Assembly: GCA_049322915.1 (NCBI GenBank)
Contig: JBMOPW010000034.1
Coordinates: forward strand, 32,001-96,000
DNA length: 64,000 nt
Reading direction: 5' to 3'
DNA from: Candidatus Zhuqueibacterota bacterium
GTDB lineage: Bacteria > Zhuqueibacterota > Zhuqueibacteria > Thermofontimicrobiales > Thermofontimicrobiaceae
Shown: positions 20,885 through 31,404 of the stretch, piece after piece
How the letters are laid out: every line of letters begins with the position of its first letter
Numbering within the stretch: the first letter of the stretch is position 1
Position numbers and translations under genes: made by a program
The notes under the pieces: model-generated
What the model saw: only the letters and a program-made list of their open reading frames with translations
Databases searched by the model: none
What the model was told of the DNA's origin: nothing

Positions 20885-22291
20885 ATGAAACAAAATAACG
20901 TGCTTCTGATAAATCCATGGATCTATGATTTTGCTGCCTATGATTTCTGGAATAAACCAGTCGGATTGTTATCAATAGGAAATACTCTCAGCCGAAATGG
21001 TTTTAGCACGCATCTCATTGATTGTCTCGATCGGCATCAGCTTCCCCCGCCGCTTCAGAATAACAAGAAATACGCTACTGGAAAATTTATCCGAACCCCG
21101 GCGCCGAAGCCTCATGCATTGAGCCACATCCCCCGACACTACTGCCGCTACGGCTTGCCCCTGAAACTCTTCCTGAAGCAATTGAATTCAATACCAACGC
21201 CGGACGTGGTCATGATCACTTCGGGCATGACGTACTGGTACGAAGGTGCGTTTTTCGCCATTCGTGTCATCCGTAAAAAATTCCCGGAAGCGCCGATTAT
21301 CCTGGGCGGAATCTACGCGACACTGTGCTACGAGCATGCTGATCGCCACGCCGGCGCGGATTATGTCATTAAAGGAAAAGGTGAGGAAGCCGCCTTGAAG
21401 CTCGCCTGCCTGTTGACTGGCCATCGCGGCGCAGAGACAGATACGTTAACTGCCATCCCGACTGCCAGTTATCACTATTACCCGGATCTGAAATCAATTC
21501 CAATTTTAACTTCAGTGGGATGTCCTTTCCGCTGCTCGTTTTGCGCGTCGCATTTGCTGTTTGATAAATTCATTCAACGCGACCCGGCAGAAGTGATCGG
21601 GGAGATTCACTCATATTATTCCAAACGCCACGTGCGCCACTTCGCCTTTTTCGATGACGCGCTGTTAATCAATCAGGAACGCCATCTGTCCGTTATTCTG
21701 GAGGGAATAAAGGCGCTCAAGGTCCGTGCCGCGTTCCATACGCCCAACGGAATTCATCCGCGGGAAATGACGCCGGAATTGGCCAGGCAGATGGCCGAGA
21801 CGAACTTCCAAACCATTCGGTTGAGTTTTGAAAGCATCAGCACGTCACGGCAAAAGGAGATGGGCTACAAAGTGACGAACGACGCTTTGGCCAATTCAGT
21901 GGATTACCTTGAAGCGGCCGGTTATGCGCGGAAGGATTTGGGAGTGTACGTGATTATGGGTTTGCCGGAGCAATCTGTGGATGAAGTTGTGGAGAGTATG
22001 CTTTTCGTGCATGGACTGGGCGCCAAAATCTATCTGTCGTCTTTCTCACCAATTCCCGGCACGCGCGATTGGGAAAAATCAGTGAATTTGTACAATCTGC
22101 CCAATAGCCTGGATCCGCTTTTAACCAACAATACCATTTATCCGTTGCATCGGAAAGATTTCACGTATGGCATGTTCGACACGCTGAGAAATTTTTCGAA
22201 AGTGCTCAATCACAGCCTGGATCAAAATATCAACCTGGTCACGTCAACTGAGATTTCGAGGGTTATGAGAAAATTATTTGCCGGGGATTAA
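20885..22291 (+). CDS. B12-binding domain radical SAM protein
   Basis: LLINPWIYDFAAYDFW, LGGIYATL, GCPFRCSFC (CxxxCxxC), FFDD. Confidence 0.9.
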   Translation: MKQNNVLLINPWIYDFAAYDFWNKPVGLLSIGNTLSRNGFSTHLIDCLDRHQLPPPLQNNKKYATGKFIRTPAPKPHALSHIPRHYCRYGLPLKLFLKQLNSIPTPDVVMITSGMTYWYEGAFFAIRVIRKKFPEAPIILGGIYATLCYEHADRHAGADYVIKGKGEEAALKLACLLTGHRGAETDTLTAIPTASYHYYPDLKSIPILTSVGCPFRCSFCASHLLFDKFIQRDPAEVIGEIHSYYSKRHVRHFAFFDDALLINQERHLSVILEGIKALKVRAAFHTPNGIHPREMTPELARQMAETNFQTIRLSFESISTSRQKEMGYKVTNDALANSVDYLEAAGYARKDLGVYVIMGLPEQSVDEVVESMLFVHGLGAKIYLSSFSPIPGTRDWEKSVNLYNLPNSLDPLLTNNTIYPLHRKDFTYGMFDTLRNFSKVLNHSLDQNINLVTSTEISRVMRKLFAGD

Positions 22292-22318
22292 CATCATTTT
22301 CAACGGGAGTAGTACCGA

Positions 22319-23023
22319 TTGAATGATAATTTCCTAAATCTGGAATCGACACTCATTCTTTTTGGTCTGACAATTTTCATTTTTGGCAGCATTGCCCTCG
22401 GTTATTTCATTTTCAATTTAATTTTCAGGTCACGCAAAAACAACGATGAGAATAAAAGCAAAGCGCCTTCGGCCTTTTGGCAAAGGGTTAAAGTCATCGC
22501 GATTCTTTTCATGATTTTATCGGGACTGATATTTTGCGCATTGGGCGTGTTCATCCATTCCCTGATTCCGGTGACTGACAAAATACTTGTTGCTGAAGTA
22601 TATTGTACAGATGTTAATACAAACGATAACACAATCGATCTTTTTTTTGTTCAGAAATTTGGTGATAGCGGCAATACATCGAGGAGTTATTTCATCATCG
22701 GAGAGCAATGGCTGGTGCAAGGCGAGTTGATTCACTGGAATCATTTGGCCGGCTCCATTGGCCTGAAGACGAATTGTCGCCTGGTGAGGATTGGTGGCCA
22801 TTTTGTTAATCAGGACATTGGAGACGGGATTATCCCATCCAGATATTCACTGCTTTCGTTGGAGAAAAATTCGGTCTGGCAGTGGCTGTACCGGCTTGGG
22901 TCCCACTTGCCGCTGATCGACCGAATTGACCAGACATTCGCCTATGGCATTCCTATGCCAAACACGAAATATCTCATTTATGCCACTCCGACGGAGATTT
23001 CCACTGAAATTGAAATTCCATAG
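22319..23023 (+). CDS. Hypothetical membrane protein (2 N-terminal TM helices plus soluble domain)
   Basis: TTG start with GGGAG RBS; two hydrophobic helices; GEQW...IHW...CRLVRIGG segment. Confidence 0.65.
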   Translation: MNDNFLNLESTLILFGLTIFIFGSIALGYFIFNLIFRSRKNNDENKSKAPSAFWQRVKVIAILFMILSGLIFCALGVFIHSLIPVTDKILVAEVYCTDVNTNDNTIDLFFVQKFGDSGNTSRSYFIIGEQWLVQGELIHWNHLAGSIGLKTNCRLVRIGGHFVNQDIGDGIIPSRYSLLSLEKNSVWQWLYRLGSHLPLIDRIDQTFAYGIPMPNTKYLIYATPTEISTEIEIP

Positions 23024-23072
23024 AAATTGTCTGAATCAAAGTCATCGATTATTTTCGAAAAGGAGAAGTGTC

Positions 23073-23525
23073 ATGTATCAGAGAGTTTTTGCAGTTGCGA
23101 TGTGTTTACTTCTGACTGCCTGCAGCGGTCCGACTGAAGATTCGAAAAAAGTAATTAATAGTCCGCGCGCTCCCAAAGCTATCGGCCCATACAGCCAGGC
23201 GATTCAGGTCGGCAACACACTGTACTGCTCCGGTCAAATTGCCATGAATCCTGAAACCGGGGAACTTGTGCAGGATTCGATTGAAGCTGAGACCAAACAG
23301 GTGTTGGATAATCTTGGGGCTGTGTTACAGGAAGCGGGAATGGATTATTCCGATGTGGTCAGCGCAACTGTCTTCATGTCCAACATGGAATTTTACAAAC
23401 AAATCAATGATGTGTACGCCCGCTATTTCACGGAGAAACCACCGGCCAGAGCGGCGGTTCAGGTTGCCAATTTACCGAAATACGTGAATGTGGAAATTGC
23501 ATGCATCGCCGTCAAGTCCAGATAA
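23073..23525 (+). CDS. ridA: RidA family reactive imine/enamine deaminase with N-terminal lipoprotein signal
   Basis: APKAIGPYSQA, SGQI, PARAAVQV, VEI; AGGAG RBS; signal MYQRVFAVAMCLLLTA-C. Confidence 0.88.
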   Translation: MYQRVFAVAMCLLLTACSGPTEDSKKVINSPRAPKAIGPYSQAIQVGNTLYCSGQIAMNPETGELVQDSIEAETKQVLDNLGAVLQEAGMDYSDVVSATVFMSNMEFYKQINDVYARYFTEKPPARAAVQVANLPKYVNVEIACIAVKSR

Positions 23526-23718
23526 GGCGGAGGTTGGCCACAATTTTCAGAGTGAACGCGAAGGGAATTTCCGGCGTTTTGCGCGGTCAGTGCGAGGCGA
23601 TCTGAATTCCCCGGGCACCGTCCAGGAAAAAAATTGAGGCAGCGCCAATAGATTGTTGACATTTTGCAATATTTTTCCTATCTTATCGCGCACTGTAATT
23701 TGGAGAAGGGGAAAAAGA

Positions 23719-25020
23719 ATGAGTAAAAGTTTCAGAAAAAATTTGGGTATCTTTCTATTCACTGTTATTACTTTTTTTGTTTTAGATGAAGTAAAACCAC
23801 CGGCCGTTGTTGTGACCGATTCGGCTCAGGAAGCCACCGGCGTTGAAATGGGTCTGGAAAAGAGAATTTGCGACAGCATCAAAAACGGGGAGACGCTATC
23901 TTCGATTCTCACAAAACACCAGATTTGCAGTGCGACCATGCTCGATATCATCGACTCCTTCAAAAGTCTGTATTCGGTCACACGATTAAGGACAGGGGAT
24001 CGATATGAAATTGTGAAGGATAGCTCCAATACGTTCAAATCGTTTTCCTACAAACCCAGTTTGCAGGAAGAATATCGCGTGTCAGTGAATGATTTCGGCC
24101 AGTTCGACGCCGCGGTTGAAAAGATCGAACTGGAAAAGAAGGAGAAGTATCTCACCGGCACGATTCAAACGAGCCTCTATAATGCCATACTCGACAAAGG
24201 CGAAAATCCGGAATTGCTGTTTCTATTCACAGATATTTTCCAATGGGATATCGACTTTTTCATCGATCCCAGAGTGGGCGATGAGTTCAAAATTATCTAT
24301 GAAAAATACTATCTTCCCCAAACAGGTCAGTTTGTGAAATACGGCAGAATCATCGCCGGGCAATATATTTTTTCGAACAAGGAAGAACTGACCGCTCTCT
24401 ATTTCGAGAATCATCCCGCTTCTGCCGGGTATTATGATTTGAATGGCAATTCATTTCAAAAAACATTCCTCAAGTCGCCATTGAACTACCGCAGAATCAG
24501 CTCTTTTTTCAGCCATTCGCGCCACCATCCTATTCTGAAAATCAGCCGGCCGCATTACGGTGTCGATTACGCCGCCCCGGCTGGCACTCCTGTTTCCGCT
24601 GCTGCTGATGGCGTCGTCATCGGAAAGGGATATGATCGCAGCATTGGCAACTTCGTAAAAATCCGCCATAAGAACGCCCGCTTCATCACGCTCTACGGCC
24701 ATTTGAGCCGATTCCAGGAGGGCATTTACGAAGGCATTCGGGTGAATCAGAAAGACATCATCGGCTATGTCGGTAAGACGGGGCTGGCTACCGGGCCGCA
24801 CCTGCATTACGCGTTCTATGATAATGGTCGTCCCATTGATCCCTTGAAAATTAAGAATACGTCCGGCGACCCTGTTCTCGAAGTCAACACCGAGAATTTT
24901 GCCCTGGAAAAAAATGAGGTCATGGAGAAATTGCAGTATCTGGACAATTCTCGGCTTCCGCTCATCTGGTTGACGTCAAATCAGGTGCATTACAATCGCT
25001 ATTCCATTCCCGCCCGATAG
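23719..25020 (+). CDS. M23 family peptidoglycan DD-endopeptidase (MepM-like)
   Basis: HYGVD, YGHL, TGPHLHY motifs; N-terminal TM; upstream TTGACA-17-TATCTT at 23656-23684. Confidence 0.92.
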   Translation: MSKSFRKNLGIFLFTVITFFVLDEVKPPAVVVTDSAQEATGVEMGLEKRICDSIKNGETLSSILTKHQICSATMLDIIDSFKSLYSVTRLRTGDRYEIVKDSSNTFKSFSYKPSLQEEYRVSVNDFGQFDAAVEKIELEKKEKYLTGTIQTSLYNAILDKGENPELLFLFTDIFQWDIDFFIDPRVGDEFKIIYEKYYLPQTGQFVKYGRIIAGQYIFSNKEELTALYFENHPASAGYYDLNGNSFQKTFLKSPLNYRRISSFFSHSRHHPILKISRPHYGVDYAAPAGTPVSAAADGVVIGKGYDRSIGNFVKIRHKNARFITLYGHLSRFQEGIYEGIRVNQKDIIGYVGKTGLATGPHLHYAFYDNGRPIDPLKIKNTSGDPVLEVNTENFALEKNEVMEKLQYLDNSRLPLIWLTSNQVHYNRYSIPAR

Positions 25021-25338
25021 CCAGAGCATAATCCCTGGCTGCCCGGTTTTCCATATCATGTATTTCCCACATTCATGAATTCAGCGGATGTGATTCAACA
25101 CATCCGCTTCATGTCCTTTTTTCACTGCCGATAATTGCAGCCACTTTGCTCTTTCAGGAGACTGAATTCTCCCTGATTTCATGAAATTTTCGCTTGACTT
25201 TCAATCCTAAAAATCTTAACTTGTTTCCAACAAATCTAAAATAATATTAGGCTCAAAGAAATTAAAGGGGAATAATATTATAACAACTGCCTAATACAGT
25301 GAAATTCTTGTTTACCAAAAAATTTGAGGAGATCGTGT

Positions 25339-26970
25339 ATGCCGAATGGAATTTTTAAAGTACCTACTCCAAAAAATGAGCCTGTCCTGGCTTACGGACC
25401 TGGCAGTACCGAGAAGAAGAAGTTGAAAGCGAAAATCGCTGAACTGAAAGCACAGCAGATTGAAATTCCTGTGTTGATTGGCGGAAAGGAAATTAAAACA
25501 GGACAAATGGGCGAGTGCCGTCCGCCTCATGAGCATAAGCATTTGCTGGGCACCTACCACAAGGCCGGCGAGAAAGAAGTGGAAATGGCAATTCAGGCGG
25601 CTTTGGCAGCTCGGTCTTCATGGGCCGCAATGAGCTGGGAAGCGCGTGCTTCCATCTTTCTCAAGGCTGCTGAGTTGCTGGCCGGCCCCTATCGCGACAC
25701 TCTGAATGCCGCCACTATGTTGTGCCAGTCAAAAACTGTGTTTCAGGCGGAGATCGATGCGGCCTGCGAATTGATTGATTTTTACCGGTTCAATCCGTAT
25801 TATATGCAGAAAATTTACGAACAACAGCCAGACTCCTCCGCCGGTTGCTGGAACTATCTCGAACAGCGGCCAATGGAAGGATTCATCTTTGCCGTGACGC
25901 CGTTCAATTTCACTTCCATCGCCGGCAATCTGCCAACCGCTCCGGCCATGATGGGCAATGTGGTGCTATGGAAACCGGCGTCATCCGTTGTTTACACGGC
26001 TTATTTTATTATGAAATTATTGAAAGAGGCAGGATTGCCGGATGGCGTCATCAATATGGTTCCCGGAAATGGCGGCGCGGTCGGCAATCCGGTGATGGCG
26101 AGTCCCTATCTGGCTGGAATTCATTTCACAGGGTCGACACCTGTGTTTCAGAATATGTGGAAGACCATTGGCAATAACATCCAGAATTATAAAACTTACC
26201 CGCGAATTGTGGGTGAGACTGGTGGTAAGGATTTTGTTTTCGTTCATCATACAGCAAATTTGGATGCGGTGGCAACGGCGATTGTCCGCGGCGCCTTTGA
26301 GAACCAGGGCCAGAAATGCTCCGCTGCATCCCGGGCGTATATTCCGAAGAGCATCTGGCCTGCGTTGAAAGTGAAGCTCATTGCGGCAGTGAAGAATATT
26401 CGAATGGGCAGCCCTGAGGATTTTTCCAATTTCATGGGAGCTGTGATCGATAAGGCGGCGTTCGATTCCATTGTTGAATATATCAAGTATGCGAAGAATT
26501 CAAAAGAAGCTGAATTTATCACCGGCGGAAATTATGATGACTCGATTGGATATTTCATTGAACCGACGATTGTGCTCACCAGCAATCCACATTTCAAATT
26601 GATGGAAGAAGAAATATTCGGCCCGGTCATGACTATTTATGTTTACCCGGATGAGGAATTCGAAGGGACACTCAGGCTGTGCGACACAACCTCGCCGTAT
26701 GCGCTGACCGGTTGCATATTCAGCAATGACCGTTACGCGATAAATAAAGCGTTCGAGCTTTTGACCAACGCAGCTGGCAATTTCTATATCAATGACAAAC
26801 CAACCGGCGCAGTTGTCGGGCAGCAGCCGTTTGGAGGCGGCCGAGCTTCGGGAACGAACGATAAAGCGGGCAGCATCATTAATTTGCAACGCTGGGTGAC
26901 GCCCAGAACGATCAAAGAGACTTTCGTGCCACCCCTCGATTTTCCATATCCGCACATGGCTGAGAAGTAG
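25339..26970 (+). CDS. pruA: L-glutamate gamma-semialdehyde (P5C) dehydrogenase
   Basis: NEPVLAY, PFNFT, FTGST, GETGGKDF, QGQKCSA, EEIFGP, SGTNDKAG. Confidence 0.95.
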   Translation: MPNGIFKVPTPKNEPVLAYGPGSTEKKKLKAKIAELKAQQIEIPVLIGGKEIKTGQMGECRPPHEHKHLLGTYHKAGEKEVEMAIQAALAARSSWAAMSWEARASIFLKAAELLAGPYRDTLNAATMLCQSKTVFQAEIDAACELIDFYRFNPYYMQKIYEQQPDSSAGCWNYLEQRPMEGFIFAVTPFNFTSIAGNLPTAPAMMGNVVLWKPASSVVYTAYFIMKLLKEAGLPDGVINMVPGNGGAVGNPVMASPYLAGIHFTGSTPVFQNMWKTIGNNIQNYKTYPRIVGETGGKDFVFVHHTANLDAVATAIVRGAFENQGQKCSAASRAYIPKSIWPALKVKLIAAVKNIRMGSPEDFSNFMGAVIDKAAFDSIVEYIKYAKNSKEAEFITGGNYDDSIGYFIEPTIVLTSNPHFKLMEEEIFGPVMTIYVYPDEEFEGTLRLCDTTSPYALTGCIFSNDRYAINKAFELLTNAAGNFYINDKPTGAVVGQQPFGGGRASGTNDKAGSIINLQRWVTPRTIKETFVPPLDFPYPHMAEK

Positions 26971-27080
26971 CAATTTGAATGGATAGGTAAAAAGCTGGGT
27001 GGGCTGATGCCCAAATTATTAATGCGTTCACAAGTTACTCCGCCGTAAATGGCGGAGCGATTCATAAAATTTTATGAAAA

Positions 27081-27119
27081 AAAAAGTGCAGTTGGAGTCT
27101 ATCATCAACTGCGCTTTTT
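27081..27119. terminator. Bidirectional terminator
   Basis: AAAAAGTGCAGTTG...CAACTGCGCTTTTT between convergent genes. Confidence 0.75.
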
Positions 27120-27135
27120 TTGTTGGACAAAACAA

Positions 27136-28155
27136 TTAAAGCTTGATTTCAATTTCTGTCGTCGGCAGGCTCATTTTCATCAGAGTCACGCCGGCTTCGT
27201 CGAATAGCTGCACCACCATATTGAAATTATCCGGATAATCACCGCAGGTCACCACTTTTCGAATACCGGAATTCACAATCATTTTCGCGCAGATAATACA
27301 TGGACTATGGGTGCAATAGAGCGTGCCGCCCTTGATCGTCACGCCGTGAACGCCGGCCTGAATGATGGCGTTCTGTTCCGCATGAATCGCCCGGCATATT
27401 TCATGGCGCTCGCCGGAGGGAATGTTCAGTTTGTTTCGAAGGCACCCCAGCTTCAGGCAATCGTTGGTTTTTCTGGCAGCGCCATTATAGCCTGTTGTGA
27501 CGACGTGACGATTTTTCACGATGATGGCGCCTACATGGTGTCGCAGGCAGGTGGAGCGCTCAGCCACGAGAAAAGCCATTTTCATGAAATAGTCATCCCA
27601 CGAGATGCGGATCCGTTTCTCCAACTGAGTTGAAATATGGTCAACTTTCCTGTGAAGCTCCGCCACACTGCCGTCATTTACAATCCGGAATTCCGCCAGA
27701 TCCATACATGCGGCGATGTTTTGAAAGTTTGCATCGCTGCTTTTTTCCTGATTTTCAAGCGCAATGAAGGACTCCAGGCTCGCGCTACTTTCAATACGTC
27801 CTCGTTGCTGAGCCCGTTCGAACCGCAACGCAACCGGAGCGTCCACAGCTATCAGAAAGAAATTGTCCAACCGGCGCAATGCCCGGACTTCGGACGGATT
27901 GCGAATGCTATCGATGATAGCCCTGGGCGATTTGAGTTTCCCGATGATTCGCTCAGCCAGAATCGCCGGACCAAAAGCGCTGCGCAGCTCGTTTCCTTTT
28001 CGAATCAGGAGTTCACGGCTCAACGGTAGATTATTCGCTGCCAGTTCATCGCGAATGATATCCGACAATGAGAATGGCTCAAATCGTTTGGATGCCAGAT
28101 AGGTCACAATGGACGATTTCCCTGAAGCATTCGTTCCTGTCAATCCGATTAACAT
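27136..28155 (-). CDS. P-loop NMP-kinase-like domain fused to dCMP deaminase
   Basis: N-terminal GLTGTNASGKS, DSIRNPSEV; C-terminal SWDDYFM, RSTC, TGYNG, HAEQN, PCIIC. Confidence 0.9.
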   Translation of the reverse strand: MLIGLTGTNASGKSSIVTYLASKRFEPFSLSDIIRDELAANNLPLSRELLIRKGNELRSAFGPAILAERIIGKLKSPRAIIDSIRNPSEVRALRRLDNFFLIAVDAPVALRFERAQQRGRIESSASLESFIALENQEKSSDANFQNIAACMDLAEFRIVNDGSVAELHRKVDHISTQLEKRIRISWDDYFMKMAFLVAERSTCLRHHVGAIIVKNRHVVTTGYNGAARKTNDCLKLGCLRNKLNIPSGERHEICRAIHAEQNAIIQAGVHGVTIKGGTLYCTHSPCIICAKMIVNSGIRKVVTCGDYPDNFNMVVQLFDEAGVTLMKMSLPTTEIEIKL

Positions 28156-28507
28156 AGGTCACTCCGGATTTTCAAATTAGGCCTGTAAATGAATTTAACC
28201 TCATCAGATCAAGTGAATTTTTTCATCGAAATGATATTTCAAAAAGATCGCATTCACAAAATGGACTGAAATGGCGCGATGCAGGACGGCATTGCATCCC
28301 ATTCATATGCGGCAGGGGAGTGGTGATGAAAGATTTACTCCCGCCCGATCATAAAAAGTATAGACATCCGATACCTGCCCGCGAAAGAAAATGCCTGCGC
28401 CGGCTGTTCGATATCCAACTTATCGGAACATTATCGGGTATCGTTGGGTAACTTTGTCATCACTCGCGCAGCGCACGTTGGTTCCTTTTTTTAAAAACAG
28501 CGCTGGA

Positions 28508-29980
28508 TTACCCCCCAATTTTCTTCACACACTTGTAAGCAGCGCCCAACGCCCCGGGCACGCCGCCAATCTGGTTCGCCCAGCACGAGCCAATCAACAG
28601 ATTTTTAATCGGCGTTTCAACAAAGCTTCCATTAAAATTTTTATAGAATTTATTTTTGGGATTCCAACTCCACGCCGATGTTGCGCCATCTGTATTTTGC
28701 GTGTATCGCTCGTAGGTGAGTGGCGTGGCGGCATCTTCGAACTCGATCATATCCATGAGTTCAGGGATCACCCTCGTTGCTGTTTTCATCACGGCGCGTT
28801 TTGCCTCATCCTTCAGGCGGCGATATTCCTGACGATCACCGCCGCCCCAATTGTTCATCCAGTGATACGGCGTCACAACTTGCAGCATCAGCGATGATTT
28901 GCCGGCCGGAGAAAGTTCGGGATTCATCAGCGTCGGCGAATAGAGAACAATGGACGCCTTTTTAAAATAGCCCGCATCGTCGGAATTGTGAATATCGAAT
29001 CCCGGTGCATCGACAAAATACAGGACGTGCGGCGCCTTCAAATAGGTGTTCAGTCGTTCCTGCGAGAGCTTCAGCCCGAGATACACGGTGAAAATACCTT
29101 CGGAGACTGCACTGGTCTTGATTTTATCCAGCAATGCAAAGGGAAGGGAAGACTGAGAATCCAGCAGCTTCAAGAACGTCTTTTTGTAATCGCTGGCGGA
29201 AATGATGTAGTCCGCTTCATAGCTTTTATCCTTACAGGCAACGCCAATCGCTTGCCCATCCTTTGTCAGTATTTTCTCCACAGGTGTATTCAGCAGCAGT
29301 TCTCCGCCTGATTGTTTGAATTGGGCTGCCATGACATCCGCCCAGGACTGCATGCCGTTTTTTACTGTCCAGTAATCGTCAAACAGCGTGACAATCGCGC
29401 CGCCCAGAATCCATGTCGCCATATCCGGATAGCCGATATTTCTGAAAAAGCGATTCAACAGGCTATCACGTGGAAAATATGTATCCGTAAAATCACCAAC
29501 AGGTATTTTTCCGTATTTGCGATACATCAGCATAAGTCTGATGCCGGCGGAGAGCATCGAGAAAGGTGATGGTTTTGCGGCCATGAGTGGTTTGAAGGCG
29601 CGCACCATTTTATCCACCTCGGAAAAATAGCTGTCCAGCCGATTTTTTTCATTGGGATAGGCGGCAGCAATGAGGTTTTTAAAATCATCATACGTTTCAG
29701 GCGCTCCACTGAAATCGGCGGAGACCCAGCGGGTCTTCTGCCGGACGAATTCGATTTTATCCCGCACCCCAATCTCTTTCATGGCTTTGAAAATCGAACT
29801 CGATGATTCGAACGACAATGTGCCGCTCTCGAAATAATGCCCTTTGCGCCAAAAGCCAGCCGTGTATCCGCCCGGAGCGGAGTGCGCTTCGAATATGGTG
29901 ACGCGATGCCCTTTCTTCGCTAACAAGTTGCCGGCCAGGAGACCACCCATTCCAGACCCGATGATAATGACCTTTTTCAT
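28508..29980 (-). CDS. NAD(P)/FAD-dependent oxidoreductase, phytoene desaturase family
   Basis: IIGSGMGGL Rossmann motif, PGGY, ATPLTYERYT..GA. Confidence 0.85.
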   Translation of the reverse strand: MKKVIIIGSGMGGLLAGNLLAKKGHRVTIFEAHSAPGGYTAGFWRKGHYFESGTLSFESSSSIFKAMKEIGVRDKIEFVRQKTRWVSADFSGAPETYDDFKNLIAAAYPNEKNRLDSYFSEVDKMVRAFKPLMAAKPSPFSMLSAGIRLMLMYRKYGKIPVGDFTDTYFPRDSLLNRFFRNIGYPDMATWILGGAIVTLFDDYWTVKNGMQSWADVMAAQFKQSGGELLLNTPVEKILTKDGQAIGVACKDKSYEADYIISASDYKKTFLKLLDSQSSLPFALLDKIKTSAVSEGIFTVYLGLKLSQERLNTYLKAPHVLYFVDAPGFDIHNSDDAGYFKKASIVLYSPTLMNPELSPAGKSSLMLQVVTPYHWMNNWGGGDRQEYRRLKDEAKRAVMKTATRVIPELMDMIEFEDAATPLTYERYTQNTDGATSAWSWNPKNKFYKNFNGSFVETPIKNLLIGSCWANQIGGVPGALGAAYKCVKKIGG

Positions 29981-30068
29981 TCAAAATCCTTTCATCCGTT
30001 AATCTCATGTAGAAATGAATTACTGCATTCAATCGCCTGACTTGAAATTTTTCAATATATTCATCCGG

Positions 30069-30725
30069 CTATTTTATGCCCTGCAACTTCAAACCAATTG
30101 GATTTGCAGATACTGCACAGCGCTCCAGTCCGGTGCCTCGGATCAGCTCTTTCAATTCATCTGGAGTGTAAGCGGCATGGATCGAAGTGAGCAGGCCGGG
30201 ACGGACTTCCTTCGGTCTGGAAAATAACCATAAAAACCACCTGACTGGAAAAGACATATCCCGGCGCAGATCAGAAATGAAAATCCTCCCGCCCGGCTTC
30301 ACCACGCGCGCAATCTCGTCGAAGGTTTTTGCTGGTTCTGACCATTCGTGCAACGAACCATTGGTGAACACTGCATCAAAAGTATCATTTTCAAAAGGAA
30401 TCTTTTCTCCGCTGCTCAACACATACTGCACGCGGTCGGACAGCCCATACTCAGCGGCGTTCTTCTCCGCAAGTTTAATCATGTCAGGGCTGATGTCCAA
30501 TCCTTTCAGCGCAGTGCCGCTGGATACTTTCAGCCATTCAAGACCCAGATAGCCAGGACCCGGGCCAATTTCCAATGCCAACCCTGAAGTGATTCCGCTT
30601 TTGATTATTTCCCTGGTCTCGATCCAGCCTTTGTCCCGAAGATTGCGCTGCATCTGGTCATAGATGGCGACATTGAATTCACCCTGAATTCCCTGGTCGG
30701 TTTCAATATTTCTTTGCCGTGGCAT
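30069..30725 (-). CDS. Class I SAM-dependent methyltransferase
   Basis: LEIGPGPG, GLDIS, FDAV..SLHEW, RVVKPGG; GGAGG RBS before ATG 30725. Confidence 0.9.
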   Translation of the reverse strand: MPRQRNIETDQGIQGEFNVAIYDQMQRNLRDKGWIETREIIKSGITSGLALEIGPGPGYLGLEWLKVSSGTALKGLDISPDMIKLAEKNAAEYGLSDRVQYVLSSGEKIPFENDTFDAVFTNGSLHEWSEPAKTFDEIARVVKPGGRIFISDLRRDMSFPVRWFLWLFSRPKEVRPGLLTSIHAAYTPDELKELIRGTGLERCAVSANPIGLKLQGIK

Positions 30726-31404
30726 TGCACATTCCTCCATTTAATTGTGAAAATTATTTTAAAAAGAAATTAAAAAAACTCAGTCCAATTAGTAAAAGTC
30801 TATCGCCGAATGAGCATCATCATCGATTTCAACAGAGAAAGCCACGGTTGAACGTATCACCAACGAAGTGAGAGCATTTCATGAGATGGAAATGAACGGG
30901 AAAAATACATCGTGCAGCATCAACAACGACAAAAATCAGAGTGAAGATATTCCAGGAATTTGGGGAGAAGCGCAGTCCCGCGTTTGCAGCATGCGAGGGT
31001 GGTTGATACCGGTTACAGGGTATTCTGTCAGTCATGGTGGAATATACTCAGTTCATGTTAACGCTATGTTGCAAAAGCATCAAAGAAGCGCATTTATTTT
31101 CAGGCCAGTTTCCGGCAATGGCTTCTGCACGTCACCTGCAGGATTTGCTCCCGAATAAAACGTGCTAAATATAGCGAACGACAATGAAGAAAGTTACACT
31201 GTTTCTGAACGAACAGAGGAAAAATTCAATTCAAAATTGCAGAACTTGAACGCGCAATCCAGGCAATATTGCCGGCATGATAGGGTAGAGGCACTTTAAA
31301 AGTGAGGCTCGGGGCAAATCTGCCGGGACATTTTTTTCACTGGATGCGCGATAGATTGAGCGACGAGGAACCATCCTGTTTTAGTTGTCACCCGTTCTTT
31401 CGAA

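Noticed and set aside
30829..31158. Short ORFs on both strands between the methyltransferase and ypfJ
   Set aside because: No convincing RBS or recognisable protein features; cannot support a CDS or pseudogene call.
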